DNA of 64,000 nucleotides. It comes from an uncultured Gammaproteobacteria bacterium (GTDB lineage Bacteria; Patescibacteriota; Patescibacteriia; Magasanikbacterales; GWA2-37-8). The DNA lies in NCBI GenBank assembly GCA_964596525.1, contig CAZQUL010000001.1, forward strand, positions 524,830 through 588,829. Direction: 5' to 3'. Below are positions 1 through 10,046 of this stretch, piece by piece (the stretch's first letter is position 1; the number at the start of each line of letters is the position of its first letter). The translations under genes and the position numbers were made by a program. The notes under the pieces are model-generated. The model did not search any database, was not told the DNA's origin, and saw nothing but the letters and a program-made list of their open reading frames with translations.

Positions 1-2
1 TT

Positions 3-395
3 TTCGGATTTCTCAATTTGGCCAAGTCCGGCACGACAGCCAACTTCGTTGTAGCGCTCTTGGCCGGTATCGCGCAGTTCATCCAGGCCAAAATCATGAC
101 GACGCCCAAAGCGCCGACTGAAGCGGGTAAAGCGGGAGAAGACGAAAACATGGCTGCCACCATGAATAAGCAAATGATGTACGTGATGCCCCTTATGACG
201 GTCTTCATCGGTACCAAGCTCCCGGCCGGTTTGGCGATCTACTGGTTACTCAGCACGGCCCTCATGATTCTCGAACGCTTCATTATCAACCGCTGGTTTA
301 CGCCGCCTGCCCTGGAGGCAGCTGTTGATGTAGTGCCGACACCCGTGGGTACGACAGCGCAAAAAATCGATTCTGTCGTCAATGAAAAAAAATAA
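3..395 (+). CDS. yidC: YidC/Oxa1 membrane protein insertase, C-terminal part (5' end outside window)
   Basis: Frame open from the window start; MNKQMMYVMPLMTVFIGTKLPAGLAIYW is the typical YidC TM4-TM5 motif. Confidence 0.9.
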   Translation, partial: FGFLNLAKSGTTANFVVALLAGIAQFIQAKIMTTPKAPTEAGKAGEDENMAATMNKQMMYVMPLMTVFIGTKLPAGLAIYWLLSTALMILERFIINRWFTPPALEAAVDVVPTPVGTTAQKIDSVVNEKK

Positions 396-412
396 TCATC
401 CGATCGAAATTA

Positions 413-444
413 AAAAACCGTTCTCCGCAGAGGGGACGGTTTTT
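413..444. terminator. Bidirectional intrinsic terminator
   Basis: AAAAACCGTTCTCC-GCAGA-GGGGACGGTTTTT hairpin between convergent genes. Confidence 0.75.
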
Positions 445-446
445 GG

Positions 447-989
447 TTAGCGCTTGAAAGTGACTGACTTGCAGTCCACGATGCGGTACCGCATCTGGCA
501 GGGACGGGGTCGAGCCGCTGCTTCGGAAATGAACATGATCTGCAAGTCGGTCTTCTCTGGTGAAACGGTTCCTCTTAGCCATACGTTGTAGCGATGCTCG
601 CCGAGCAGATGGACCGTGGCGCGGTCGGTCCACCAATCCTTGATGTACGTCCCGCCTAGAGGTTTGGAAAGTTTGATGTCGGCTTTCCTAATACCCGGAG
701 GATTAATCTGCAGGTCAACATTGACCTGTGAAGCATCAAGCGTGCCGGATGAGGCCTCGCTAAAGGTAAATTCGGTATAGTAAGCGCTTAGTCCTACTCC
801 CAAGCTCTGGAGCTTGCCGAAAAGTCCTTTCGAACAGGTGCCTTCTTCGAATCCGGCGAAAAGAGCGTGCACGCACACCGTGGTTGAACGAGCGGTGTTG
901 GTGTTGGCCTGGTCGGCCCATGTCGGACGTCCTGAGTAACCAAGAAGCCCTACAAGAGTAAGTGCCTCAATCGTGCGTCTTGCGTTCAT
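447..989 (-). CDS. Secreted hypothetical protein, paralog of 1112-1627
   Basis: Signal peptide; SD AAGGAGG; shares HRYxV..GT..PEKxDL with its neighbour. Confidence 0.75.
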   Translation of the reverse strand: MNARRTIEALTLVGLLGYSGRPTWADQANTNTARSTTVCVHALFAGFEEGTCSKGLFGKLQSLGVGLSAYYTEFTFSEASSGTLDASQVNVDLQINPPGIRKADIKLSKPLGGTYIKDWWTDRATVHLLGEHRYNVWLRGTVSPEKTDLQIMFISEAAARPRPCQMRYRIVDCKSVTFKR

Positions 990-1111
990 TTCATAACCTC
1001 CTTAGGCCGTTGTCTACCATGGTAAAAGAGTAATAACAAGAATAATAGGGGATAGTCTTTAAAATTAAAAAACCACCGGGCGAAAAGCGCGGCGGTTGGG
1101 GGGGCGAATCG

Positions 1112-1627
1112 TCACTTTTTCTCGTCGCGGCTTTTTACGTTGTAGGTCACGGTGCAGTACGGCTGCTTGCCATCGTCGTGAAGCCGGCGGAAGGTGAACG
1201 TCAGGTCGATTTTTTCTGGCAGCAAGGTACCGTTCGCAGTGACGGCATAACGGTGCGGATCCTTGGTTGGAAACTTGATATCCATCTCGGTCGCAATTTT
1301 GAGCGGCTTGCCGTAGATGGGGTTGGGGATGGTAAGGACCGATGGATGCCAGATCTTCCCGGGGATCGTGAGCGAGAAGTCGCTCTGTTCTTTCAAAACC
1401 TGCACTTCTAGTGCAGCATTGTCGGAATTGTACTTGAAAAAGTTGCCGCGGCGGCAATTTTCCGTGATGTTCTGAAAGAACGTGTCCACCCGAAAACGGT
1501 AAATGCCGGGTTGGAGCGTAACGTGCGTCTCCCGGGGTTTCTCGTGGGCCGTAGTTCCAGTCTCTGTTGCGTTCGCCAACCCAAGACCGAAAAGGAGCGT
1601 GGTAATCAGGATCGTTGATGTGCGCAT
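1112..1627 (-). CDS. Secreted hypothetical protein, paralog of 447-989
   Basis: Signal peptide ending ANA; SD-like AAGGGGGG; TTGACA promoter upstream (~1681-1686). Confidence 0.75.
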   Translation of the reverse strand: MRTSTILITTLLFGLGLANATETGTTAHEKPRETHVTLQPGIYRFRVDTFFQNITENCRRGNFFKYNSDNAALEVQVLKEQSDFSLTIPGKIWHPSVLTIPNPIYGKPLKIATEMDIKFPTKDPHRYAVTANGTLLPEKIDLTFTFRRLHDDGKQPYCTVTYNVKSRDEKK

Positions 1628-1915
1628 GAGCCCCCCTTATGGGATGTGATGAGAATTAAGTAGCATGTAGTGCCCTAAAATGTCAATAATAAGCTTAATT
1701 TTTCTATATTTTTATCGAAATTTTAGGATGTTCCACACTATCCTTGACATAATCGATATAGTGCGATAAGGTCACAGGAAATTGTCCTATTCTGTTATAT
1801 TCGACGGACAAATTCACGTTCATTTCATGCTAGAGTGAACAGGAGCTGGAAGTATTCCAGGCGACTGTTTCCACTAGGATTCCGACCAAACGTCTGTAGC
1901 TCAAGGAGGCGCACG

Positions 1916-3283
1916 ATGCGCACAACGACCGCAACGATGGTGGGACTGGGTTTTTCCGCTCTGCTTCTGGCCGTGCCGGCGACTGCGCAGGCCGAGCAGG
2001 TCCACATGGGCGCCGTGAAGGCGCTGCATGCGGGCTTCGAGGGCGGGTTCTGCAAGCTTTCGCCCAAGAAGTACGGTGATTTCCCCCGTCTCCCTTTGCA
2101 GGAGATGTACAACCGCTTCAACGCCCGTTCCGACGGTGCCGCCGTGTTCAGCACAATGGTCCGCGGCTGCCAGAGCGATTACCAGGCCAGCGTCATGCAG
2201 TGCTTCAATAACCCGCGCACCTGCACCGACGAAGAGGTCGCCCCGGCCCAGACGCCGGCTGTTCCGATGGCACCGGCGGCAATTCCGCCGGCGGCTCTCG
2301 AGTACGACCCGGCGAATCTGTCGTCGGTCGCCTTCTGCACCCGTCAGAGCGAGTCGCAGCTTCTGAGCTTGCTCACAGGTGCTGTCAAGGCCGCATATAC
2401 CAAGGTGCCGCAGCCGAATGATCCGCCGCGCCCGACCGTAGCCGGTATCCTGGGAGACATGTCCATCAAATGCTTGTCCAACTCTACCCGTCAGATTGGT
2501 CTGCCGGATTCGCCACCCCCCGCTCCGCCCGTCGTGGTGAACAACACCGCCGGCGGTGCCAATGTGCGCGTCGGTCAGCAGACCGGGGTCACCGGTGGCA
2601 ACGCTGCCGCGTATGCTGCGGCCCGTCAGCGGCAAGCTCAGCAGCAGGACCAGGGGCAGTACCAGGGTCAGAATCAGAGCCAGGATCAAGGTCAGAGCCA
2701 GCAGCAGTTCGCTACGGCCGGGGAGCAGGCTCTCCATTACCTGCGCCGAGGTGCGTTCCACACCAGCCTTATCCACCTGGGCCAGAAGTTCGGAATGGTC
2801 ATCAACCCCCGGATGTATGGCTTTACCCGTCAGCCGCGCTACGCCGTGGATGCCGGGCTAAGCCTCGGCTTCCGCCTCCCATACACGGCCTTGTTCCTCA
2901 TCGGTGAGGTGGAGTGGTACCACAACTTCATCACCGACGATGTGCCCGAAGAGGAGAAGCCGCTGGTCAACAACAACCACGGCTTCCGCGGCGGCTTCGT
3001 CATCGGCTGGGATTTCTTCGCCGACAGCGCGTACCCTGTGATGCCCTTCATCGGGTACAAGCACATCGATTTCTATCCCAGCTTCGCACCGCAGCCGCAC
3101 GCCTTCGTCGCCGGCTTCCGGTTCGGCCCGTTCAGCAACTACGAGGTCCTCAAGCGCGTCTCTCTGTTCTATGAGGCGCGCATCGTGCCTCGGGCCAATG
3201 CCTGGACTGATAGCGATACCACCCACGTGTGGGGAATCGAGCTGCGCCCGTGGCGGAACAGGTTCCGCACCGGCAACCTCTAG
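1916..3283 (+). CDS. Secreted protein with Cys-containing N-terminal domain, Pro/Gln linker and C-terminal beta-barrel-like domain
   Basis: AAGGAGG before ATG 1916; signal peptide ending AQA; C-terminus has alternating aromatic/Gly amphipathic strands. Confidence 0.75.
   Translation: MRTTTATMVGLGFSALLLAVPATAQAEQVHMGAVKALHAGFEGGFCKLSPKKYGDFPRLPLQEMYNRFNARSDGAAVFSTMVRGCQSDYQASVMQCFNNPRTCTDEEVAPAQTPAVPMAPAAIPPAALEYDPANLSSVAFCTRQSESQLLSLLTGAVKAAYTKVPQPNDPPRPTVAGILGDMSIKCLSNSTRQIGLPDSPPPAPPVVVNNTAGGANVRVGQQTGVTGGNAAAYAAARQRQAQQQDQGQYQGQNQSQDQGQSQQQFATAGEQALHYLRRGAFHTSLIHLGQKFGMVINPRMYGFTRQPRYAVDAGLSLGFRLPYTALFLIGEVEWYHNFITDDVPEEEKPLVNNNHGFRGGFVIGWDFFADSAYPVMPFIGYKHIDFYPSFAPQPHAFVAGFRFGPFSNYEVLKRVSLFYEARIVPRANAWTDSDTTHVWGIELRPWRNRFRTGNL
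2633..2707 (+). repeat. Coding (CAGNNN)n hexamer repeat giving a QxQxQx tract
   Basis: CAG GAC CAG GGG CAG TAC CAG GGT CAG AAT CAG AGC CAG GAT CAA GGT CAG AGC CAG. Confidence 0.8.
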
Positions 3284-3318
3284 TTCACTCTTCGCTTAGC
3301 CTTCAAAGAGCTTAGCTT

Positions 3319-3361
3319 AGCCCTCCACCCCTTTACTGTTAATCCGGGGTGGAGGGCTTTT
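3319..3361 (+). terminator. Intrinsic terminator
   Basis: AGCCCTCCACCCC...GGGGTGGAGGGCT followed by Ts. Confidence 0.75.
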
Positions 3362-3486
3362 AACTTTCCCGCACGTTGGCCTTGACTTCGCGCGGTTTTT
3401 TGTTACTATAGCCGTATCTTCGCAAGTTTTGGTGGAAACGCTCGATTGCTCCTCGAGGCCGCCACCCCTTATTCCACGTGTTATTT

Positions 3487-3972
3487 ATGCAGAAATACGA
3501 ATTGCTGCTTATTCTTCCAGGCACCCTCGAAGAGCAAGAAGCAGAACAAAAGTTAGTTAGCCTCACCACGCTCATCACCGAACACGGCACTGCGCCCGAG
3601 GTAATGAAGCTTGGCAAGAACCGTTTGGCCTACCCGGTCAAACATATCCGTTACGGTTACGTCTATACGCTCGTCTTCGAAGCTGAATCGGCGAACGTCG
3701 CGAGCTTACAGCAAAAGCTCTCGCTTATGCGTGATCTCTTGCGCGCCACCGTTTCGCACTACCGCGTTTCGCTTTCGGATGTGCAGAAAGTCGCTTACGC
3801 CGAAGACAAGAATGTCGTCGGTACCGACAAGCAGCCGCAAGTCGAACCGAAAAAGACCGCTCCGGTCGGTCAGACTCCGGTCCGTAAAACCGAGTCAGCT
3901 GCCGAACTCCAGGAAATTGAGAAAAAGCTCGATAAAATCATCGATCAAACCGATATTATCCCTGGCGTCTAA
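3487..3972 (+). CDS. rpsF: 30S ribosomal protein S6 with extended C-terminal tail
   Basis: MQKYELLLIL...LGKNRLAYPVK...GYV; position upstream of ssb-rpsR. Confidence 0.93.
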   Translation: MQKYELLLILPGTLEEQEAEQKLVSLTTLITEHGTAPEVMKLGKNRLAYPVKHIRYGYVYTLVFEAESANVASLQQKLSLMRDLLRATVSHYRVSLSDVQKVAYAEDKNVVGTDKQPQVEPKKTAPVGQTPVRKTESAAELQEIEKKLDKIIDQTDIIPGV

Positions 3973-4001
3973 CGCCTCTTCGCTTACTTAATCTTCTTCG
4001 T

Positions 4002-4445
4002 ATGATCGACCTCAACCGCGCCACTCTCCTCGGTCGCCTTACGCGCGATCCGGAACTCAAAAGCCTTTCAACGGGCAAATCCGTTGCTTCGGTTTCCATC
4101 GCCACCGGCCGCACATGGCTCGATCAGAACGGTCAGAAGCAGCAGCAGAGCGAGTTTCACAACGTCGTCATCTGGGGCAAAATGGCCGAAGTCGCGCACC
4201 AGTACTTGCGCAAAGCAAGTCGGGTGTACTTTGAAGGCCGCCTCCAGACCCGCGAATGGACCGGTCAGGACGGTGTGAAACGCTACCGCACCGAGATCGT
4301 TGCCGACAACATGATCATGCTCGACGCCAAAGGCATGGGTGCCGCTCCGGCCACTGCCCCTGGCGGATTCTCGAATGCTTCTGCTAACACCGCTCCTCCC
4401 GATGTCATGGAAGAAGAAATCAAAGTTGAAGACATTCCCTTCTAA
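4002..4445 (+). CDS. ssb: Single-stranded DNA-binding protein
   Basis: LNRATLLGRLTRDPELK, EGRLQTREW, acidic C-terminus EDIPF. Confidence 0.97.
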   Translation: MIDLNRATLLGRLTRDPELKSLSTGKSVASVSIATGRTWLDQNGQKQQQSEFHNVVIWGKMAEVAHQYLRKASRVYFEGRLQTREWTGQDGVKRYRTEIVADNMIMLDAKGMGAAPATAPGGFSNASANTAPPDVMEEEIKVEDIPF

Positions 4446-4470
4446 GTAGAACCATCCAATCATCTTAATT

Positions 4471-4686
4471 ATGCCACTTGAAAAAGCCAAAACCTGCCGC
4501 TACTGCATCAACAAAAAGCTGGTAGTGGACTACAAAGACATCGGCATGCTCGGTCGCTTCATTTCTTCGTACAAGAAGATCGCGCCGCGCCGTCGTACCG
4601 GGCTCTGCGCCAAACACCAGCGCCGCATTGCCCGCGCCATCAAACGCGCCCGCCAGAACGCGCTTTTGCCGTTCATGGCTTACTAA
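4471..4686 (+). CDS. rpsR: 30S ribosomal protein S18 (Zn-binding form)
   Basis: CRYC...VDYKD...[24 protein letters not shown]. Confidence 0.96.
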   Translation: MPLEKAKTCRYCINKKLVVDYKDIGMLGRFISSYKKIAPRRRTGLCAKHQRRIARAIKRARQNALLPFMAY

Positions 4687-4703
4687 CGTTTAGTATTTTA
4701 TTC

Positions 4704-4740
4704 ATGTGGGACTCTGCTTTAGCAGGGGTTTGTACCACGT
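4704..4740 (+). promoter_or_regulatory. Putative ribosomal protein L1 autoregulatory leader
   Basis: ATGTGG-GA-[CTCTGCT-TT-AGCAGGG]-GTTTGTA-CCACGT directly upstream of rplA; resembles the GTGGGAG...ACCAC L1-binding mimic of 23S rRNA. Confidence 0.6.
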
Positions 4741-4751
4741 AGATTACATGT

Positions 4752-5429
4752 ATGTCCAAACGTCTTACGGCTTTGCGCGACAAAGTCGATAGCAATAAAA
4801 CCTATACGCTCGCCGAAGCGGTAGCGCTTATCAAAGAATTGAGCGGCGTCAAATTCGACGCTGGCGTCGAAGTCCACGCTCGTCTCGGCATTGACCCGAA
4901 AAAAACCGACCAGCAGGTCCGCTCGACCATCGTCCTTCCGCACGGTATCGGCAAGACCAAAAAAGTCGCTGCCTTCGTTACCGGTGATAAAGAAAAAGAA
5001 GCCAAAGAAGCCGGTGCCGATTTCATTTACGGTGAAGAAGATATCAAAAAAATTAAAGACACCGCCAAGATCGAATTCGATGTCGCCGTCACAACGCCTG
5101 ACATGATGCCGAAACTCGCGATCGTCGCCAAAGTGCTCGGTCCCAAGGGCCTCATGCCTAACCCCAAAACCGACACTGTCGGCGTTAATGTCAAGAAAAT
5201 GATTGACGAGCTCAAGAAAGGTAAAATCACCTTCAAGAACGATGATACGAGCAACATCCACCAACTCATCGGCCGTGTCAGTTTTTCTTCCGAACAGCTC
5301 CTCGAGAACCTCACGGTGTTCCTCGATGCTCTGCGTAAAGCCAAACCGTCCTCGGCCAAAGGTTCCTTCATCAAGAACCTTGTCATCTGCACCACCATGG
5401 GTCCGGCCGTAAAAATTTCCGAGTCCTAA
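4752..5429 (+). CDS. rplA: 50S ribosomal protein L1
   Basis: [30 protein letters not shown]; [11 protein letters not shown]; TTMGP. Confidence 0.98.
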   Translation: MSKRLTALRDKVDSNKTYTLAEAVALIKELSGVKFDAGVEVHARLGIDPKKTDQQVRSTIVLPHGIGKTKKVAAFVTGDKEKEAKEAGADFIYGEEDIKKIKDTAKIEFDVAVTTPDMMPKLAIVAKVLGPKGLMPNPKTDTVGVNVKKMIDELKKGKITFKNDDTSNIHQLIGRVSFSSEQLLENLTVFLDALRKAKPSSAKGSFIKNLVICTTMGPAVKISES

Positions 5430-5450
5430 AAATTCCGTATACAAAAGAAG

Positions 5451-5482
5451 AAGCCCCTGCTCATGATGTGAGCGGGGGCTTT
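5451..5482. terminator. Bidirectional terminator
   Basis: AAGCCCCTGCTCA-TGATG-TGAGCGGGGGCTT. Confidence 0.75.
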
Positions 5483-5486
5483 GCGT

Positions 5487-5969
5487 TTAGTGGTCGATTC
5501 CGACCAGGGGTGTAGTAGGGGTGGGAGTGAACGGTTCTGGGCAGATGGTCCAGCCCACGACATGCTCGACAAGGGGCCAGTCCGGGCGTGGCGTGTGCGG
5601 GTCGGCTTCGGGTGGTAGAATCGGTATCTTCTTTTTCATGGCCGACACGCGCAGAACGAACCAGGTGGACGATCCCTCCTCGGAAGGGCGAGCGCGGAAG
5701 ATGTGGTCAGGAATTTCTTCCGAACCGGCCTTTATGACGACTTCGGTCTCATCTTTGATGTGGAGACTTACGTATTCCAAGCCCATTTCTATCTTGGTGC
5801 ATTCCCAGAGCACGCGAGTGACCCTGCGTGGCTTGGTGGTGTACACCTCATCCGCGGTGATTATCTCGGCCTGGTCTGCATTCGGTCGACCCGCGGCCGC
5901 GCTCTCTTTGGGGCCGCGGCAGGCAGACAAGAACAGCAATGCAATGAGCGTGAACAATCCAAAATTCAT
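5487..5969 (-). CDS. Hypothetical lipoprotein
   Basis: Lipobox LFLSA-C; SD GGGAG; TTGACA promoter upstream (~6048-6053). Confidence 0.7.
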   Translation of the reverse strand: MNFGLFTLIALLFLSACRGPKESAAAGRPNADQAEIITADEVYTTKPRRVTRVLWECTKIEMGLEYVSLHIKDETEVVIKAGSEEIPDHIFRARPSEEGSSTWFVLRVSAMKKKIPILPPEADPHTPRPDWPLVEHVVGWTICPEPFTPTPTTPLVGIDH

Positions 5970-6298
5970 CGGTACTTCTCCCTCGGGTTCAAAGCATTCA
6001 CAAAGCCCATGGCAGAGACTTAATAGTTAACCATAAAAAGGCGTTCATGTCAATTCTGAACCCCTTTTTGGCTATTTTGAGCGCACAAACTACGAACTTT
6101 TTCTTGGTTTGATGCTACTTCCAGATTGATTAGCTTGTCATATATGGTGGCAGAGTTGTCTGGAAAACCGCCTGGTTACGCCGTCGACGGTCACCCTCTT
6201 GAACTTTTTTGCGGATGTGATATAGTGACAAACAACGTTTTTGGTTCGTTGGGAAACGAAGTATAGTGTGGCTGGGTTGCCAGCCGCGTTCTGAGCTT

Positions 6299-7093
6299 AT
6301 GCCGTCCATCGTCACTCCGGAGCGCCCGTGGTACCAGCGGGGTACGCGCGTCATTTTGGTGGCCATTGTAGGCTTTATTTTTGTGGTTATAACGGCGGTG
6401 GCGGTAATGACCGCCCGGTTTTACCTGCAAATCAAGCGCGGTGGTGGGGCCGATTTGGCCACGCGATTTGCGGCCGATTTAAGCCAATACAGCGGCAAAG
6501 TTTCCTCGGTTGCGGGAGGTGGAAAATCAGGATCGGCTGTAGACCGCGCCATCATCGAAAGCGATAGCGCGCCGCGTATCGGTACGCGCAATCCGCAGGT
6601 GACCATCGTTGCCTTCATTGATTTCAAATGCCCATTTTGTAAAGAATCGGTTGCGGTGGTGCGCCAGCTGGTCGGTACCTATGGCGATCGCGTGGCTTTT
6701 CAATACCGTAATATGCCGCTTGAAACCATCCATCCGGGTGCCAATCAGTTTGCCGAAGTGGCGGAATGCGCGCACCGTCAGGGACGGTTCTGGCCCGTGC
6801 ATGATTATTTCTTCAACAACCAGGAAACGCTGCCCGAGAAACTGACTAACGCTGATCTTGATGCGTTGGCCGAACGCTTTGCGCTCGATAAAACCGTTTT
6901 TGGCACCTGCCTTTCCAGCCGCCAAGGTGCGGTTGTCGTAGGGCGGGATTATGACGTGGGTTTGAATGCTGGTGTTGACTCCACACCGACATTCTTCGTT
7001 AACGGGAACAAGGTCGTAGGATCGCTTCCTAAAGCAACCTGGGAAGAGATATTGCGACGTTTTCTTGTCAACACCACACCTTCCGGCCCTTAA
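6299..7093 (+). CDS. Membrane-anchored DsbA/thioredoxin-fold disulfide oxidoreductase
   Basis: N-terminal TM helix; FIDFKCPFC active site; STPTFFVNG cis-Pro motif. Confidence 0.9.
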   Translation: MPSIVTPERPWYQRGTRVILVAIVGFIFVVITAVAVMTARFYLQIKRGGGADLATRFAADLSQYSGKVSSVAGGGKSGSAVDRAIIESDSAPRIGTRNPQVTIVAFIDFKCPFCKESVAVVRQLVGTYGDRVAFQYRNMPLETIHPGANQFAEVAECAHRQGRFWPVHDYFFNNQETLPEKLTNADLDALAERFALDKTVFGTCLSSRQGAVVVGRDYDVGLNAGVDSTPTFFVNGNKVVGSLPKATWEEILRRFLVNTTPSGP

Positions 7094-7117
7094 GGAGGGA
7101 ATGGTTAAGGCTTTACT

Positions 7118-9910
7118 ATGCAACACCATGATTCCATAAAAATCCGCGGTGCGCGCGTGCATAACCTTAAGAATATCTCCATCGATATTCCCAAGGATAA
7201 GCTCGTCGTTATCACGGGGCTTTCCGGTTCCGGAAAGTCGAGTTTGGCGTTCGACACCATTTATGCCGAAGGCCAGCGCCGCTACGCTGAGTCTATGTCG
7301 TCGTATGCGCGCCAATTCATTGAAACGCGCGATAAACCGGATGTCGATTCCATCGAAGGACTTTCGCCGACCATCGCCATCGATCAGAAGATCTCCACCC
7401 AAAATCCGCGCTCGACGGTCGGCACCGTAACCGAGATTTACGATTTTCTCCGCTTGCTTTTCGCCCGCTCGGGTGAGCAGTACTGCCCGAATTGTGATAT
7501 TCCAGTAGACGCCAAAACCGCCGGTGAAATCATCGAAGAAGTGCGTAAGATTGCACGTAAAGAAGCCGAAATTGCCTTGTACGCCCCGCTTATCCGTTCG
7601 GCGATCGTGGAGAAAAAAGATTTGGTGGAGCGGGTTGAAAAATCCGGCTATGAATGGCTGCGTATCGACGGTGAAAAAGTGAAAATCAACAGTCTAGCGC
7701 ACTACATGTTTGAGAAGGATAAGCGCTACGATGTTGATTTACTTGTCGGCACAATCACGGATATTAAAAAGCAGGATCCGACGCATCTCGTAGAGACTGC
7801 GCTCGATTTGAGCGGTGGTTTGGTGGCCATCATCATCGGCGGCAAACCCCGCCAGGTACTCTCTACTACAGGGCTCTGCACCAAATGCGGCATGACCATG
7901 CCGATTCTCGACATGCGCAGTTTTAGTTTCAATAGCCCGTACGGCGCTTGCCAGCGTTGTACCGGTTTGGGCGTTACGCTCGAGGTTGACCCGACACTAG
8001 TCATTCCCAACCCCCGTCTCACTCTTGCCGAAGGTGCTATCCAGCCATGGACGCGCATCACCGGCAACCAGGGCTTTTATCAGAAACTCCTCGTTGCGGT
8101 TGCTGAGCGCCACAAGTTTTCGCTTACTACTCCAATCGGCGAAATGCCGGCCAAGGCACTTGATCTTATTTTGTATGGCACGGGCCAGGAAGAATACATC
8201 GTGGATAGCCGGAAAACTCAGTACAGCGGCGTCATTCCGGATCTCATGAACAAGCATCTTGATACCAACTCCGAATATGTGCGCAAAGAGATTGAACAGT
8301 ACATGCGCGAAAAAACCTGTTCGACCTGTCATGGCAAACGTTTGCGCAAGGAATCGCTTGCGGTGAAGATCGGCGATTACACTATTGCCGATATTGCCAT
8401 GATGAGCATGGAAGACATTAAAAAACTGCTCAAAACCAAGCTTAAGAATACTAAAGTTACCGATCTCATCATCCGCGAAATCGTGCCGCGCATCGAAAAT
8501 TTGGAGCGCGTCGGTTTGGGTTATCTCAACATTGATCGTTCGATGAATACCCTCTCGGGTGGCGAGGTGACGCGCGTACGCCTTGCGACCCAGCTTTCTT
8601 CGGGTTTGAGCGGTATCATCTACGTACTCGATGAACCGTCCGTAGGTTTGCACCCGCGTGACAACAAGAAACTTATTGAAACTCTCAAATATCTGCGCGA
8701 TCTCGGCAACACGGTTGTCGTTGTAGAACACGACGGTGCCATGATGCATGCTGCCGATTACCTCATTGATATCGGTCCAGGTGCCGGTGTCTACGGCGGT
8801 AAGGTGGTGGCCGAAGGCACGCTCGCTGACATCAAGAAAGCTAAGGGTTCGCTTACGGGTGACTATCTCTTTGGCCGTTCCAACCTTGGTTTGCTTAAGA
8901 AAGGCGATGGTAAAAAACCACCGGCAGATAAAGCTATCACGATCGTCGGTGCCAAAGCCCATAACCTCAAGAACATCGACGTTACTATCCCACTCGCCAA
9001 ACTGGTCTGCGTTACCGGTGTCTCTGGTTCGGGCAAATCATCGCTTATCATCGACATCTTGAGCAAGGCGCTTAGCAAGCATTTCTACCGCGCCAAAGAA
9101 GAACCGGGTGAGCACACGTCCATCAAAGGTATCTCGAATATCGATAAAGTTATCTCTATCGACCAGTCGCCGATTGGCCGCACGCCGCGCTCGAATCCGG
9201 CTACGTATACCGGCATCTTTAATCTTATCCGCGACTTGTTTGCTTCGCTTCCCGAGGCGCGCATGCGCGGTTACGATGCGGGCAAGTTCAGCTTCAACGT
9301 CAAAGGCGGTGGTCGCTGCGAAGCGTGTTCTGGTGATGGCCATATCCGCATCCCCATGCAGTTTTTGGCGGATGTATACGTAGAGTGCAACGAGTGTGCC
9401 GGTATGCGCTATAACCGCGAAGCGCTCGAGGTGCACTACCGCAATAAAAACATTGCCGATGTCCTTAAGATGACCGTCGAAGAAGCGCATCGTTTCTTCG
9501 GTGATATTCCGTCCATTTCCGAAAAACTTAATGTGCTGCGCGAAGTCGGCTTGGGCTACATCACCCTCGGACAACCGGCCACTACGCTTTCAGGTGGTGA
9601 GGCGCAACGCATCAAGCTTGCCCAAGAACTTTCGCGTCACTCTACGGGCAAAACTCTCTACATCCTCGACGAACCGACGACCGGTCTGCATTTCGAAGAT
9701 ATCAAGCGCTTGCTCCAGGTGCTCACCCAACTCGTCGACAAAGGTAATAGCGTCATCCTTATCGAACATAATACGGAAGTCATCCGCTCGTCGGATTGGA
9801 TCATTGATCTTGGTCCGGAAGGCGGTGAAGGCGGTGGTCAGGTGGTGGCCGAAGGAATGCCGGTCGAACTTCTTAAGACTAAGAAGGGTGCGACGGCGAA
9901 GTACTTGTAA
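7118..9910 (+). CDS. uvrA: Excinuclease ABC subunit A
   Basis: GARVHNLKN, two Walker A motifs ([16 protein letters not shown]), Zn fingers, LSGGE signatures. Confidence 0.99.
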   Translation: MQHHDSIKIRGARVHNLKNISIDIPKDKLVVITGLSGSGKSSLAFDTIYAEGQRRYAESMSSYARQFIETRDKPDVDSIEGLSPTIAIDQKISTQNPRSTVGTVTEIYDFLRLLFARSGEQYCPNCDIPVDAKTAGEIIEEVRKIARKEAEIALYAPLIRSAIVEKKDLVERVEKSGYEWLRIDGEKVKINSLAHYMFEKDKRYDVDLLVGTITDIKKQDPTHLVETALDLSGGLVAIIIGGKPRQVLSTTGLCTKCGMTMPILDMRSFSFNSPYGACQRCTGLGVTLEVDPTLVIPNPRLTLAEGAIQPWTRITGNQGFYQKLLVAVAERHKFSLTTPIGEMPAKALDLILYGTGQEEYIVDSRKTQYSGVIPDLMNKHLDTNSEYVRKEIEQYMREKTCSTCHGKRLRKESLAVKIGDYTIADIAMMSMEDIKKLLKTKLKNTKVTDLIIREIVPRIENLERVGLGYLNIDRSMNTLSGGEVTRVRLATQLSSGLSGIIYVLDEPSVGLHPRDNKKLIETLKYLRDLGNTVVVVEHDGAMMHAADYLIDIGPGAGVYGGKVVAEGTLADIKKAKGSLTGDYLFGRSNLGLLKKGDGKKPPADKAITIVGAKAHNLKNIDVTIPLAKLVCVTGVSGSGKSSLIIDILSKALSKHFYRAKEEPGEHTSIKGISNIDKVISIDQSPIGRTPRSNPATYTGIFNLIRDLFASLPEARMRGYDAGKFSFNVKGGGRCEACSGDGHIRIPMQFLADVYVECNECAGMRYNREALEVHYRNKNIADVLKMTVEEAHRFFGDIPSISEKLNVLREVGLGYITLGQPATTLSGGEAQRIKLAQELSRHSTGKTLYILDEPTTGLHFEDIKRLLQVLTQLVDKGNSVILIEHNTEVIRSSDWIIDLGPEGGEGGGQVVAEGMPVELLKTKKGATAKYL

Positions 9911-9926
9911 AATTTCTTCATCAAAA

Positions 9927-9962
9927 ATACAACCGGAGTATCATGCTCCGGTTGTGTGTTTT
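9927..9962 (+). terminator. Intrinsic terminator after uvrA
   Basis: ATACAACCGGAGTA-TCA-TGCTCCGGTTGTGT followed by Ts. Confidence 0.7.
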
Positions 9963-10046
9963 AAATAGAATTTCAAATTATTTTAAAATCCCTTGACGTC
10001 AATCTTTTTTTCTGCGAATCTACCTCCCGTTGTTGAGGAGGTTCCC

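Noticed and set aside
1901-2776. Long antisense ORFs opposite real genes (also 6527-7402, 7997-8962, 46485-47597, 52009-53100)
   Set aside because: These are shadow ORFs from codon bias of well-supported genes on the other strand.
3430-3480. S6:S18 autoregulatory leader upstream of rpsF
   Set aside because: Hairpins and a CCC tract exist, but the match to the known motif is too weak to call by eye.
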